NCBI RefSeq assembly: GCF_006345805.1 | Contig: NC_043013.1 | Coordinates: 31,000,001 to 31,064,000 of the forward strand | DNA length: 64,000 bases | Origin: Octopus sinensis | Lineage: Eukaryota | Direction: 5' to 3' | Part shown: piece by piece, positions 12,213-26,699 of the stretch | Position numbering within the stretch: the stretch's first letter is position 1 | How the letters are laid out: every line of letters begins with the position of its first letter | The notes under the pieces: model-generated | The model's input: only the letters and a program-made list of their open reading frames with translations | The model's database searches: none | What the model was told of the DNA's origin: nothing | Translations under genes and position numbers: made by a program

Positions 12213-13698
12213 ATTTATATATCGAATATCGAAAATGTTTTGTACAGCAGATGTTCTTAGATCTTCCAAGGATAAGGTAGGGGAATATATTTAGAATTAG
12301 TTTTTAGTATACTTTTTCTTGATATTACAAGCGGAAATGTATTGGGTGTTAAAGCCAAATAATTGAGATTGGTTTCCTTATTTTATTTTGTGGTAAATTT
12401 CATTGGCATACATAAATCCATATATTTATAACCGGATATGTAACAACGTAAATCCCGCTAGAATACATAAAACTATATAATTTAACTTTGAAGATTGATT
12501 AATACTAAACCACTTAAATGTTACAAACTCTAGAATTATTAGGATTCCTCTGCTCTTAATGCCACGTTGAAGAAGCAATCAGTTCAGAGACATACAAATG
12601 AAAATGTAATTGAAACGGAAGTTGAAACTAAAGAATCAATTAAAAGAATGTGAAACACAACTTGCATGAAACGTAACATGCATTTAAGTATTACTATATA
12701 ACATTCGTCATTTACATATTATAACCTTTTACCATAAACTCATGCACTTAGTCGTAAATCATGGAATTCTTCAAATCAGTATAGTTTATAAATACTTAAT
12801 ATCAACTTTGCTAGATTTACGTTTTATTTATATTTTGCTTTTGTCATATATATTAGATATATGAATATGAATTTCAAATTGTGTTGGGTCTTGTAATTCT
12901 ATAAATAAATATATCATATGTACATGTATATGCATGCAACTGTATGCACACACATATATAGATATATGTGTGTGTGTGTGTGTGTGTGTGTATTTGGAGA
13001 GAAAGAGCGAGAGAGAGTGAGAGAGAAGAAAAATATGTATACGTATTTGTTTATTCTTACAATATTATTTCTCTCATTGCTTATGTCTCATCCAATGAAA
13101 TATTCCTATATTCTGAGATTTGTGGTTACTTTGACTACATGCTTCCCTGAGACTTGAGACTAAATATTTCATTAGAAATCTGATACGTGGCTTTATTAAT
13201 TAATTTCGCAGAAAGTCAAATAAGCCAGAATGCCATAATGATAAATGGACTGAATTACTCAAGGATAAACCCATGTCCCATGGGAGTACAGAAAATGAAG
13301 TAGCCTGTTCTCATTAAACAACTAGTGATTGTTGTCATGTTAATTAATAGTCGTTCTTAAAAATTCAAATTTGCAAACTGATTCCTGTTCCCTGATTATT
13401 CTTTAGTATGATGTTGCGGAAAGACACAACTTTTCAATATGTCGAAATATATATGGTTATTTCTTAGCCACCCCCCTCTCTCTCGCTCAGACATATATAT
13501 ATATAGGATTAAATAAAAAGAATACAACAAACGGAACTTTGACATACCTATATATATATATATATATATATATGCATTATTTACATCCGACAGATATGTA
13601 TTCTCATCTTGTTTGTTGTTACCACAATGTTACCAGCCTTCATTACATGCCCTGGTTGAATTTTGAACCCAAACCTAAGGTATCATTTTTTGCTGATG

Positions 13699-13700
<2 letters not shown>

Positions 13701-13778
<78 letters not shown>
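13701..13778. repeat. (ATT)n microsatellite
   Basis: Directly visible. Confidence 0.95.
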
Positions 13779-13779
<1 letters not shown>

Positions 13780-14060
13780 CGAAGGCAACTCGAAAAAGAA
13801 TGACATTGTCTTAAGGCTTCACGGCTCAGGTGATAGTGGGAGGAGAGAGGAAGAGGGATTAGAGGGCCAGAAAAAGGTAACAGGGAGGGAAATATAGAAA
13901 GACAGAAAGATAGAGAGAGAAGGTAAATTAAAAGAGAATCAAAATAAAGAAAAGAGACTGTGACACAAAAATATTTCAAGAATATTTCAACAAATAGTTA
14001 AAACAATTAAGGAGTGCGTGCGTTACATAAATAATATTTTCAGGATTAAATGTATATGTA

Positions 14061-14115
<55 letters not shown>

Positions 14116-17100
14116 CATTCAAAAAACGTGTAGTAAATAAACAAAAGAATGTGTACTAAGTATACAGGCGAACAGAAAACACTGGTCACCAACGCCTCAT
14201 CAGTTATCAGCAAGAGAGCCAAACGCAATTATATACATACATATATATACGCACGCACACACACACACAGAGTGGACTTGTGGGTTGTTTCCTTGAGAAC
14301 CATTTATAAGGACTAAGAAACAACAGGGAAAATCTAATGCTTGTTAGCTAAAGAAAGCGTTGTGAATTTACAATTTATAAGAAGTAAAGATACTTTAAAA
14401 TAAGTTAAAAATCTAATCGAATAAATAAAAATAATGACAATGCCTAATTACGGTATACCGAATCTCTTTGGAAGCGACACACCACTTCTAGATTTCCAAG
14501 GGTTAATGCACACGTCATAATTTTCTTATTTCTCTGTTTTTCTGTTACTCTCTTTTAACATAAAATGCAAAGTCGATCTTGGGCCATTAATTTTCTGAAT
14601 GTATTTCACTGTTTTATGTGGGACAGGATTAAGGACATTCTCAATTTTGTGATGTTGATGATAAAAGTTAAAGCCTTTATGTGTTCAAATATCGATTTAC
14701 AAAGACTTGCATCCCTTATAAGTTGTGAGAAGTTTTAACAGCAAGAAAATAGTTTTTGTCTGAATTTGCATGTTGTAATTTAGTATTTGCATTGAACCAT
14801 TGTGCTTAGATTATTCTTGTGCTAGAGCGAAACTGAGCATTTATAGCACCATCACAGTCATCGAATTCATAATGTAACGTATGAGTAGAAGGGAAAAAGC
14901 ACTTTAGTTCGCTTTGAAAAAGGACAAGATCAGGATATTTACAAACAGAAATTAGAGGAGCTGTTATAGCGTTGTGATAGATATTCATGTTATTCTTCTA
15001 ATCATGAAATCGAACATGTGATAACAATTTCAGTAACGCTCCACTGGACAGCTTATCAAACACTTTTATCGAACCTTTGGGGACTATGTTGAGTTGATTA
15101 TGTAAAAAATCTTATGGGTTGTCACGCATCCTGTATAAAGCAACCAGCGGGATTAAGATGTAATGTATGAACTACAGGTGTCTTCATTCTCTTTATAATC
15201 ACGTGAGTAAAAATATTTACAGGAGCTGTGGTGAGTATGGTTCTATTGTAATTGTGATATTGTTATAGGGATGAACAATGGAAGACTCCTTCTTTAGAAT
15301 TTAACAATTTCACACCTAAAAGTTACTAAAAGTTTCAACAACCACGAAAATTGCAAAACTATGATGGTATTTCGCATTGTCCATCTTCTGTATTAATGGA
15401 TATGCTTTTAACGTCATTTTTAATCTCATCTACAACAATTCAGTATGGATCCAGTCACTCAAGTATAATTTCCTGTGAGACTTGTGAAGTAGTAGACCAG
15501 CTTAAACCGCGCTTCTCCATCACCGTTGTGTTCATACACTTTTCTAAATAGTTTTAACATCAGAGTGTACAAAGTTCATGAAAGACATGTTCAGTTATTT
15601 TAGCATATTTGCCATGGAAGTAAGTATTTGGGAGTGTAATAAAAGCCAAATTTACTACATGGCACATGAATGTCGAAGTAACAGGTTGTAGTTCTACACA
15701 AGTTTATGATTGTTACTGTATCTCTGGTTCGCTAGCTAGCTATAATGTAATTAATTATGTAACAACATTGTCACCTAGATTGACGTGATTATTATTTTTT
15801 AAAAGTTATTTGTTTTCGTTCAAATATAGGGTTAGAGTTTGACTACAGAAACCCACAACAAAGAAGAAGCTATAGCAATCAGTTTGACTTCATCATGTCA
15901 ACAGCATGCTGATCGAGTAACTTGTACTACACTTCATTTTCCTACTCTAAGTACTATATTACCCTTGTATGGTAACATAGAGTGTTTCTCTCAGATCAGC
16001 TTATAAAGATTCATTTTCTCACATAGCACTTTCTTCTTTTAAGGCGATATGCATTCCTAAGTATAACTTAGTTCCTGCTGGACTCGAAACTTAGTACAAC
16101 ATACCACACACCACAAATTAAACATTACACCATTTAGTAAGTGTTTCACAAGCTTTGCAGTTTTAGATCTACTAGCGCTACATACTGTATTTTGAGGATA
16201 TACATTCCCCATATTTACCACACAGCAATATTTCAAATCCCCATAAACCACCTCTAAGGTATGTTAGTGCACACTGTCACACCTTTTCGATCACCTGCGA
16301 TATATATTTTATTTTCGAAATGACAGAAAAATTGCTATTAATGAAAACCATTTTGCGTGTGAAATTCAGCAAGTTAATCCAAAATTATATTTTCAAATTC
16401 AGATCGATATGCTATAACTTTCCATTCCATTATCGCATGATAAAGACAAGACATACTCGCATACATATGTAAGCACTCATATATACACACACACACAAAC
16501 ACTCGCATAAAGAAGCGTATGTATATATGTAGTTGAATCAATAATGCCAGTAATATTTCAAATAGTCACACACCTTTTTGTATTAATCTTACATAGCCTC
16601 ATAACACCAAATATAACCATCTATACTCGCCTTCTATTCCCCCACCCACCCAAGTGCCGTCGGGCTAGGAGTCCTCAACAAGTCTCCTGTATAGGATCGT
16701 ATCAGAAGTAATCATCATCCGATTTTCTTGTTGGTTTTCCAAACGTCTCATCCTGGGACTACGAATATAATAATCCAACTATGTCGTTCTTACTCGGATT
16801 GACGAGTCTTTCTTGCAATTCGTTCCCGCAAAATTTCAATCACATTGTGATCTCACAATGCGGAAATGTAGTTGGATAACCCGGAGCGACTCACCGAGCT
16901 TCGTATATTGTCGTGTAACATTACTCCAAAGATCCATTTCGGTCGCTGGTTTTTTGCTGTCGTATTCTACTAGTCATTATCCACCATTTTTGACCATAGG
17001 TGAGAACACGCACGAAAACCGAAGAGAAAATAGCGTATCGGTGTTCTCTTTTTCTTTTTTACTATTTTGCTTTCTTTTGAAAATTGAATATTGGATGTGA

Positions 17101-17281
17101 TGCATTACCGTTGCAACAACTGCAATTCTAGTTCTCAGGTCACCCTCCTGCGTCCAATCACTGGTGAATACAACTTAATGATTTTCATTCTTTCTAAAAC
17201 TACAACGGCCTCTACAAGGGGTATGTGTATGTATGTACGTAAGTACCTACGCATGTATGTACATAGTACAAGAACACACAC

Positions 17282-17345
<64 letters not shown>

Positions 17346-17764
17346 AACATATATTAGGCATACTAACAGAAAAAGAAATAAGGAAAGAAATACAGTTTAA
17401 GGAAAATCAACTAAAAGGATTATATAAATATATCGGAGAAAGGAAAAACTAAAAGAAAACGAAGATGAGACAGAGAATATAAAGAGTAGTACAAATATAA
17501 ATAATATGATTTGAGCAACAAGAATTAAAAAAACTACGGAGGAATACTTTGGTGTAATAAATATATGTACCTTCGGTTTAGTGAGCAGCAGCACGAAGGC
17601 AATGAATTAAGTGCTTCTGGTAGTCATTGAGATAATATAGAGTTTATGAGAAGTTCTAAGGCAGGAAGAGATTTAACAATATCTACAGGCCAGTCACCAG
17701 AAGAGACTTAAATGACCATGCGGGTTATCAGTGCCACAAAGCGTCAATGAAGAATGAGACTTAT

Positions 17765-17858
<94 letters not shown>

Positions 17859-18237
17859 ATAATTTGACAACGGTAGATATACATAACCCCAAACTTGCAT
17901 ACATATATGCATATTGCTATATATATATATAAACATCAGCACCTGCAGAGAAGTAAATTTATGTATGTAAATGCATTAAAAATTCATATGCATAAATCTA
18001 TGCACACACGTAGACACAAAGAATAAATGAATCGACCGATATATGTGTGTGTGTGTGTGTGCATATATGTATGTGTGTATGTATGTCTCTTCTATTTTTT
18101 AATTATTATAAATCTTCTACTGAGGAGGGAGCCAGTTTCCAACAAAGAGAGACAAGGCTCCAAATTTGTGATGTACTTAACATAGACAAATTCCCATTTG
18201 CAACTTGAGAAACGTTTTGCATATTTTTACTGCTCCA

Positions 18238-18459
18238 CTCTCTTTTTCCCTTGTTCCAGTTATTTGACTGCGGCCATGCTGGAGCACTGCCTTTAGTCGA
18301 AGAAATCAGCCCCAGGACTTATTCTTTTAAACCTAGTACTCATTTTATCGGTTTCTTTTGCAGCACCGCTAGATTACGGGGACGTAAACACACCACCATC
18401 GGTTGTCAAGTGATTTGGGGGGACAGACATACAAACCCACACATGCACACACACACACA

Positions 18460-18523
<64 letters not shown>

Positions 18524-18673
18524 CGACGGGCTTCTTTCAGTTTTCATCTACCAAATCCAATCACAAGGCTTTGGTCGGTCCGTGACTATAGTAGACGACA
18601 CTTGCCCAAGTTGCCACACAGCGAGACTCGGAACCCGGCACCATGTGGTTGGTTATTAGGCTACTTACCACAC
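18238..18673 (-). mobile_element. SINE family A, near full length, adjoining the 3' part of the R4/Dong-type LINE
   Basis: Reverse complement of the 28464-28859 copy, including the internal (CA)n(TA)n tract. Confidence 0.88.
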
Positions 18674-19945
18674 GAAATAGCCTTTCGATATCTCTTTCTG
18701 AAAACCCCACTTTATCCAGAAGCTCCTTTAAGCATTTTCTAACAAAACATCGTGCTCCAATTATTATTGGTATGAATATGAATTCCATCTGGTGCTCTCG
18801 AAGCAGTTCTCCACAGATATCCTCTTTTGTCTTCATTGTCAAAGAGATATTTATACCTGCAGGGCAGTTGACCTCTATGACGGTACATACCTTTGCCCCT
18901 CTGTCCCAAACGACAATATCCGGCCTGTTTTGCTTACATTAGACAGAGGTTTTGATGGGAATATTCCACCGGTATTCCTCTCGTTGGTGTATTCCATAGC
19001 AGAGGGATTTTCTAAGATTATTTCAGGACAGCCTTTCTAGCGGATTGTATTGTAAATTGTTTTAGTGACAGCATTGTGCCGCATAGGGGTGTAGTACCGT
19101 GACGGTATTTTAGGACAGCTGCTAATCACATGCGTGATGTCTTCTACAAAAGCATAACATACCCTACACATGTGGTTACACCTTGGGATTACAGGTACTT
19201 TGTGGAAATCTCCTGTTCCTGGATTGCAAGCGCATAGCCTTCAAAGTCTGATGTGATATAGTGGTTTTGTGTCCAAGAGAAGTTGCGCTTCGTGTCAATT
19301 CTATTGTCTTCTTCAAGCGTCCGAGCAACATACCTGTGCATAGTTGTTGTTTTTGTTTTTTGCTGAGTGATTTCTATCCAGGTTTTCTCTGAGATGAGAG
19401 AGTCCAGTTGTTTTGGAGCCGTGTAGATCATCAGGAAGAGAGTGCTTCTTGAGGAGCTCGCTGCTAACTCGTACAATGTTTCTCACTTCACTTTATATAT
19501 TTATTTTGCTGCTGCTGTTCAGCATATGAAGACCGTCTGCTCTGATCACAGGCCTCTACCACCTTCATTTCTTCTTTCGAAGAGCCTGTCAACATCTCTG
19601 TTTCTGTGGAAGTTGTCAGTTGTCAGTATTTTGCGCGTTTTGATATCTATGGAGTGGATTTCCACAACAGGCCAATCATATGTCCCAAATGTAGGCATCA
19701 GCACTGGAACGGCAAATGCATTGAGGAATATTGTTTTATTGTAAGAGGAGAGGTCCGATTGCCATCCTAAGTGTGGTGTAATATTCTCGGGTCACTCTAT
19801 CTTTATTCACAGTGCCTTCATGTGATATATCTTCAGCTATACCTAGGTACTTGGAACATTCTTTGTGTGGAACGGGAGAGATAGAGAGACCGTTGATGCA
19901 CAGGTTTTGGGTTTGGGGGACTACCTTTCCTCGTTCTATATGCCT
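18674..19945 (-). mobile_element. R4/Dong-type non-LTR retrotransposon fragment (RT C-terminus, CCHC finger, restriction-like endonuclease), pseudogenised
   Basis: Minus-strand pieces: KYLGI, YNKTIFLNAFAVPVL..TFG..DW, EGYALAIQEQEISTKYL, CRVC..VEDITHVISSC, RHNAV, NRPDIVVWD..CTVIEVNCP (PD-(D/E)xK-type RLE) and FIPIIIGA. Confidence 0.85.
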
Positions 19946-20087
19946 AAAACAAGTGTACGTATGTATGTATGTATAGATATATAGATAGATAGAGAAAAAG
20001 AGAGTGAGAAAGAGTTGTATATATATGTGTCTGTGTGTGTATCTGTATATGTATGTATTTATATGTATATATATATATATATATATG

Positions 20088-20119
<32 letters not shown>

Positions 20120-20174
20120 GATATATATAATAGTCAAACGGAAGAGCTACTAATAGTTTTATATTTCTATGATA

Positions 20175-20744
20175 TTAGGTAGGCAACTAAGTTCCCGCCG
20201 TTTTTTTAATATGGAGTTTTTAGAAGGTTTAATAAAAAAATAACTAATTAATCAATAATGTATTCGCCCTTGTTATTTACAACTTCTTCCCAACGTTCAA
20301 CACGATTTTCAATACCTCGTTGGTAGAAACCACCCGATTTCGACTTGAAAATTTGATCCAACCAAGCTCTCAATTCTGCATCAGTATTGAGCGAACCTCC
20401 GTGCATAGCATTTGAATGAGATCAAAAAAGGTGGAAATCCGCTGGTGCAAAATCAGGATGCGTTCTTTCAACTATGGCATCTTCTCCATACACAGCACAG
20501 ATTTTGCAGCCTTAGAACCTTGATTAAAAGCAAAAAGGTGGTGTCGAAAATGCTCGTTTTTCTTAACATGACATTCCATTTTAAAGATTTTAATATAAAC
20601 AAAAATTAACTAAAATTAACTAGAAAAGAAATAGATTCCAAAATAATTCAAAAATAAAATTCTTGAAAAAAAAAGATTCCAAAATTTAAAAACGCAATAA
20701 CTATCAAAATTTTAAAAACCGCGGGAACTTAGTTGCCAACCCAA
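20175..20744 (-). mobile_element. Internally deleted mariner element (570 bp) with TIRs and TA TSD
   Basis: TIRs TTAGGTAGGCAACTAAGTTCCCGC and GCGGGAACTTAGTTGCCAACCCAA, with TA at 20173-74 and 20745-46. N-terminus MECHVKKNEHFRH..FAFNQGSKAA..ICAVYGEDAI joined to C-terminus PDFAPADFHLF..FYQRGIENRVERWEEVVNNKGEY; most of the catalytic domain is missing. Confidence 0.92.
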
Positions 20745-22817
20745 TATTTTAACTAGGTATATTTATACAATACAAGTTATACAGCTCCAAACAATGTTTT
20801 AGGCTCTCTCCTCACATAACTTTTTCTCTCTCCTCACCCCATCTCTCTCTCTCTCTCTCTCACTCACATATTTACTTTAAAGCTTTGTCACTGTAATATT
20901 CACTTTCATTTTATGACAGCTATCACGCAGGTAATGATAGCTTCCAAATTGTGTTTTTTGATTGGGTAAAAATTATCAAACTTCACGCCTCAGGAAAACA
21001 TTCCTAAAATGCTTCTGGAATAAAGGATATTGAAAATCGGATTCAGCGTGAAAAAATATAATACTCATCCAAATTTGAAAAGTCTCACTTAATTTTAAAA
21101 TTTCAAAATTCTCCGTCTCTCTCCCTCTCTCTCTCTCCATCTCTCTCTCCCTATTTTTCTACCTCTTTCACTTACGCTGTGCTCATTGTAAGATTTCCTT
21201 ATCTCTGAATAGTTACCACACTCTCTCCTACTCTCGGTATATGTATATCGCTCACACTGTATGTGTATATGCATGCGTGTGTGTGTGTTTGTGTGTGGAT
21301 GTGTATACGCATGTTTGTGCAAAATTTAATTGGACCGAGCTAAGAAAAATCTGTCCATCTGTACATCAAATAAAATAAGCAAAAACTTAGTTTATACATA
21401 TATAAACATCTATACAGAGAGAAATAGAAAAAAAGATAGATAGATTGACTGATAGAGAGAGATACATGTACACACACGAGCACACATACACACAAAAGCA
21501 CACACACATACATATATATATATATGTATACGTATGTATATACATACGTATGTGTATATATATGCGTATGTATATACGCATATATTAATACATGCATAGC
21601 TAGATATATTAATACATGCTTAGCTAGATATATTTAGATACATAAAGACGTAAATATACGAGAAGGCAATTTATTTCTGATATTTATAGAAAACGTCAAG
21701 TGTATATCTGTAGACACGCTGCAACACATAATTCTCGAATCGTTGTAATTAGCATGTCGAATTACGATTATGAATACACTGATATATTGTAATTTGGTTG
21801 TATTTCTTAGAATATAAAACAGATCACAAATGAAATTTACAGATAAGTGTGTTCTGAAAACTATCAGTAATTATACAAATGATATATGCGCTTAACTTGA
21901 TAAAATAGGATAGTTGATAATTCCTTCACTAACAAATACTAAACTAATATAATGAAGGATATCAGAACAAATGTTCTGATTCTATATCCAATGAATCGTT
22001 CAAGTTGCTTTTTTGGGGAGCCCTCAGCACAGTCTGTTTGATCATGTTGCTCGACTTTCCGAGCTGGGCCCTGCGTATTATGTTCTTCTTTTATAATTGC
22101 TTACTGGGGTTTTCGCTCGTTTTGGTCAGCCATATGTCACGTGGTTACTGCGGATTAGAAATATATAAAGACGATGTGAACTGACTGGGGCACTAGTCGT
22201 TGCTTTGACAGAGACGACCCAAATAAATACCGACAAATGCTGGATGTAACGACACGCAGAAACAGTGCATGCCTCTATAACTGACCGAACCTGATGGCTA
22301 TTATTCTAAAATTTAAAATAATAGGTCATAATTTGGTTAGCAGTTACCGTATGGATATTCATGGATATAAGTTAATATAGAATATTAGCATAACCAAAAG
22401 CAGCTGAATAATTTAGTAATAATTCCGTAGTATGATAGGTAAATTTAAGTGGAACTGATGAAGTGTAGCCATATGGAATCACTGGAAGCAAATTTTATTT
22501 CAAATCAAAATATCATATATGACACTGTTTGCATGTTGATGTTAGACAAGGTTCAGTACCCTTCTTACGAAATCTATTGGTCTATTTGGTTATCATATTG
22601 CTGGACATATAATATGTATAATAAATGTGAAATCCAGGAGATTATGGGAATTAAAATTAAATTATTAATGAATATTATATAATTGTGAGTGTAGGCACTT
22701 ACGACTTGTACTTCATATGTATATTTTGACATGCTATATTTTAACGTTATTAGCTCCTATATGTCGATTGGTTATTTTGTACATTCCCATGTCAATTTTA
22801 TTAGAAAAGTTGCGGTT

Positions 22818-23140
22818 GTTATTGGTGTAAGAGGGTAAAGAGTGGAGACACCCTACGGTCATGAATGACCATGGAATTGCACATAGATAGGTACCCTCTG
22901 AGGCTCAAATCCGGGCAAGGTTGTTTATGAGGGATCAGCAGGCGCCCATGCATACCACCCTTCCCTCTCCACGCCGCCCATATTATCAAATGGAAAGGTA
23001 AAGGCCAAAAGAATTTGGCACCAGTGACATGGCAACTCATCTCTACAGCTAAGTGAACTGGAACAAAGTGAAAAAAGTGTCTTGCTCAAGAACACAGCCC
23101 GGGGCGGGAATCGAAATCACTACATCGTGGTTGTGAGCAC
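22818..23140 (-). mobile_element. tRNA-derived SINE, family C (single copy in window)
   Basis: Minus strand has a B-box-like TTTCGATTCCC, then TGTGTTCTTGAGCAAGACACTT (CORE-like segment) and a GC-richer body ending in a short CTCTTTACC repeat. Confidence 0.65.
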
Positions 23141-23987
23141 ACAGATCGCAGTTATCTAACATTTACACGTGTCCTTATTTTCGGAATAGGTTTCGAAATC
23201 ATAAGAGAATAACAATTTACTTTTACAATATGGCTGTAATAAATTATAATAACTACATAGTCATCCATTATTACACTGCCTATTTAAGCGCTGCTTTAGA
23301 AACATTTCATTAACGCTAGTTGCCGTACATTCCCTATAATCCATAACATTCGAAAACAACGATTTCCTATTATCTGATGTTTTAGTTACTGAAGCTGGAT
23401 TTGACAGAATTTCATTACAGCTATTAATAACTCAATTCATTTCGGCTAATAGATTCAGCTAGAATAGCAACAAGATTTGGTGTAGTTCACTATGATGATT
23501 TTGTTGTAGAGACATTAGTGATCAGGTGTTACGTATCCCAAGGCGGGTATTGCCCTTGGACATTTTAGGCAACGGTGATGTCATTTGTATGTAGTATGAA
23601 AGATTATTGAAATATCCACATTATATATATTTCCGGCACGAAATGTTAGTGACGTATTGTTACCAGTGTTGTCTACAAAGATTGATTAGCTTGTTATCTC
23701 TCTTTCTCTGACTGTCTCGTGAAACGCACAACGACGTAATCCTCACATGTACATCTTCGTAGTTTTAATTTATCTGTCGCAGTTAATATGTTATTTTTGT
23801 ACTTTCACTTTCGTCTCTCTTCTGAGCATATATTTTTGTTTCTTTCTTCGAACTTTCTTGTTACCTTTATGTCTTCATTGCGACATTCTTGCTAAATCGT
23901 TTGTCTCTTTTTCTCCACTTCGCGTGTTTCATTTCTTTCATTCATTTTTTCAAATATGAGGGACATCGTTGTTTCGAAATCGTGACC

Positions 23988-24363
23988 CAATATCCTTTAA
24001 AATGTACCCTGCGTTCTGTAATACACTGCTATCATATAATATATTAAGATGATATATAACAATTTTGAAACAATTATAGGATATAACTATTTCAACTAGC
24101 AGTGTTAAAACGTGTCTTCTGTAACTTTTTCAAATGTATTTTTACTCTCTACTTCCATCAGAGAGAGATGATCAATATCCTTTAAAATGTACCCTGCGTT
24201 CTGTAATACACTGCTATCATATAATATATTAAGATGATATGTAACAATTTTGAAACAATTATAGGATATAACTATTTCAACTAGCAGTGTTAAAACGTGT
24301 CTTCTGTAACTTTTTCAAATGTATTTTTACTCTCTACTTCCATCAGAGAGAGATTATCAATAT
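23988..24363. repeat. Two-copy tandem duplication of a 185-bp unit
   Basis: CAATATCCTTTAAAATGTACC starts at 23988 and 24173; CAATAT recurs at 24358. Confidence 0.95.
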
Positions 24364-24583
24364 ATGCTATACTCTACATAGCAGTACAGTGAGGAGAATA
24401 TGAAGGTCGGAATTAATAGTGAAATTCTTTAGTACGTGGTTGTTTTCTTTATACTGAAGCACCAAATCAGGAAGTCACCATTGATTAAACGTATATTCGT
24501 GTAAGGTCATATTTAACACGATCGAGTGTATTCAAACGTGAAAAGAACTTTCGCTGTGAAAATAATCCACGGATTTAAACGAT

Positions 24584-24657
24584 TGATTTGGTTTTTATAA
24601 CAGATAAAGCAATGAAGTATGATTTGGTTTTTATAACAGATAAAGCAATGAAGTATG
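24584..24657. repeat. 36-bp tandem duplication
   Basis: TGATTTGGTTTTTATAACAGATAAAGCAATGAAGTA at 24584 and 24620. Confidence 0.95.
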
Positions 24658-26699
24658 CTTCCTAGAAATCGATGATGCCTATCATAACCCAGAAAAAGTG
24701 TTTCACTCATGTCTAGGGGCATTTTCTCCCTGGAATTGTCCTTTTCTTATTACCAATAGTCATGTAATTAAAGAGACGCTATCTTACCAGCAATATTTTT
24801 CCTTACTTTTGGAAACATTTTGTGATATATTTAAGCATTTTGCTGTATGTCTCAGTATAGAAAATTATTGATCTTCTCAAGACCTTTTAATATGAACGCC
24901 AGTATATTACATTTCGCACTGTCATTTTGAAATAAGGGAAACCCTTGTTGCGAAATTCAATGAATATTTTCCTTGTACATGAAATATACTAGATTTTAAA
25001 AGCTGCAACTCTTTCATCACATTCTTTTTTAAGTGAAAGCGTGTGGAGTATGATCTATGGGTAATCAACACCCCAAATAGCAGCAGAAGTATAGGAATTT
25101 GTTTCGATTAAAGATATTTCTTTTAAATTTTGCTCATTAAACTTTATTTACAATTGCACTAATTCGTACATCTCAGTGGAGATTTTTCAACTTTCAATTG
25201 TCTTCATTAATAATATTATGAAAATTTACCATCATTCATTCATTCCACGTGCAAATATTTCTATAGTTTACAGTCAGTCGCAACTTATCGACTTTATATG
25301 GTGTTAAAATGATATCTCGCAAAAATGGTGCTAAAATAATTATCATTCAATAATTATTGCCGATAAGAGATGTTGGTGGTTGGATTAAACACAAGCAATG
25401 ATGCATGCCACACATTTCATTAGATGCCAGTTTCGTACTCTTGTCATTTAATCGATAAAAAGTGACCTCCATTCACTCACATGTCGAACTCAGCTAGTTT
25501 TATCAACTTACCATGAAAACTGTAAATTTATAAAACGAAATATAAAACTCTAACTATGCCTGCTACTCGTTATAAATAAATATAACCGATAAGACTATTG
25601 TGTATAGCCAAATATTTCTGATTTTTGCTTACTAAGTTGATTTGCTATCGATGCTTTTAGCTTGCATATTTTTGAAATATTACATGAATCATTCATTATG
25701 CATTAACGCGTTTAAAACCTAACGGCATGCTATAACTAATGGGCATCAGAAACAGGCCAAATATCCTTAAAAAAACTTGACTATATTTGTTCTTAAATTA
25801 TATTTGCTACTTAAAATTCAAGCCAACATTATCGACATAATAAAAAGTAAGACAAATAATGACGCTTGAAGGATAAATTAAGCGAAACGTTGTGTAAACT
25901 TGATTATTACGGATGACTGTTTCGTCTCTAAGTAGGGGATTGATTATTGGAGAAATTACAATTGTATTAGTAATATCTCATCTCAGACATTAACAAATTT
26001 AATTTCTCTATGACTTGCAAAAAACCTCCATGCTTTATGTGGAGAACTAGGAATCTTGACCAGTATAGAATAACTTATTGAATATTCGTTTTATATATCA
26101 ATTAATTACACAGATATAATTTGATGACTGAATAAATCATAATAGTCGATCTTTCTGGATAGTGCAAAGACTCAATATCTGCACAGGAACGTTTAAATAA
26201 AGAAACTTTTTTCATTGAAAAATACAGAACACGTCTTAATATGCACGGATAACTAACTTTTATCTTTTTATATATTTCAATTCACGATTACACCACTGTA
26301 CATAAATCCCTTCACTAAACAAGGTTTCCGAAGTTTGTTTTTGTCAGTCCATATATATTCCCCTCCCATTACTGAAAGCTGAACAGTTATCTTCCTTACC
26401 CACAACAATAATAACGATAACCAATTACCTCCACTTATTTATCTACTTGTGAAGTCATTCACTCGTGAATATCATCACGCACAACATGGACAAAATTTCT
26501 TCTTAAGAAAAAATACATATTTAAATAAATAAAATAGAATATCATGAATAGCGAGAGCGAAACCGGTCGATATATTAGAAATTATATTAAAACCATGTAA
26601 GTGTGCATATTTTCTTTTTTTAAGTTCTGGTATATATATATATATATATATGTTGCACACACTCTTGATGAATATATGCAATGGATTCTAAACAACTCC

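Noticed and set aside
13565-13690. Possible third hammerhead-type repeat next to (ATT)n
   Set aside because: Minus strand has only TAATGAAGGCTGG..AACATTG; the core and stem II are too eroded to support.
22135-22253. Solo-LTR-like stretch (TGTCAC..TATATAAAG..AATAAA..GACA)
   Set aside because: Only about 120 bp, with no TSD and no second copy or internal domain nearby.
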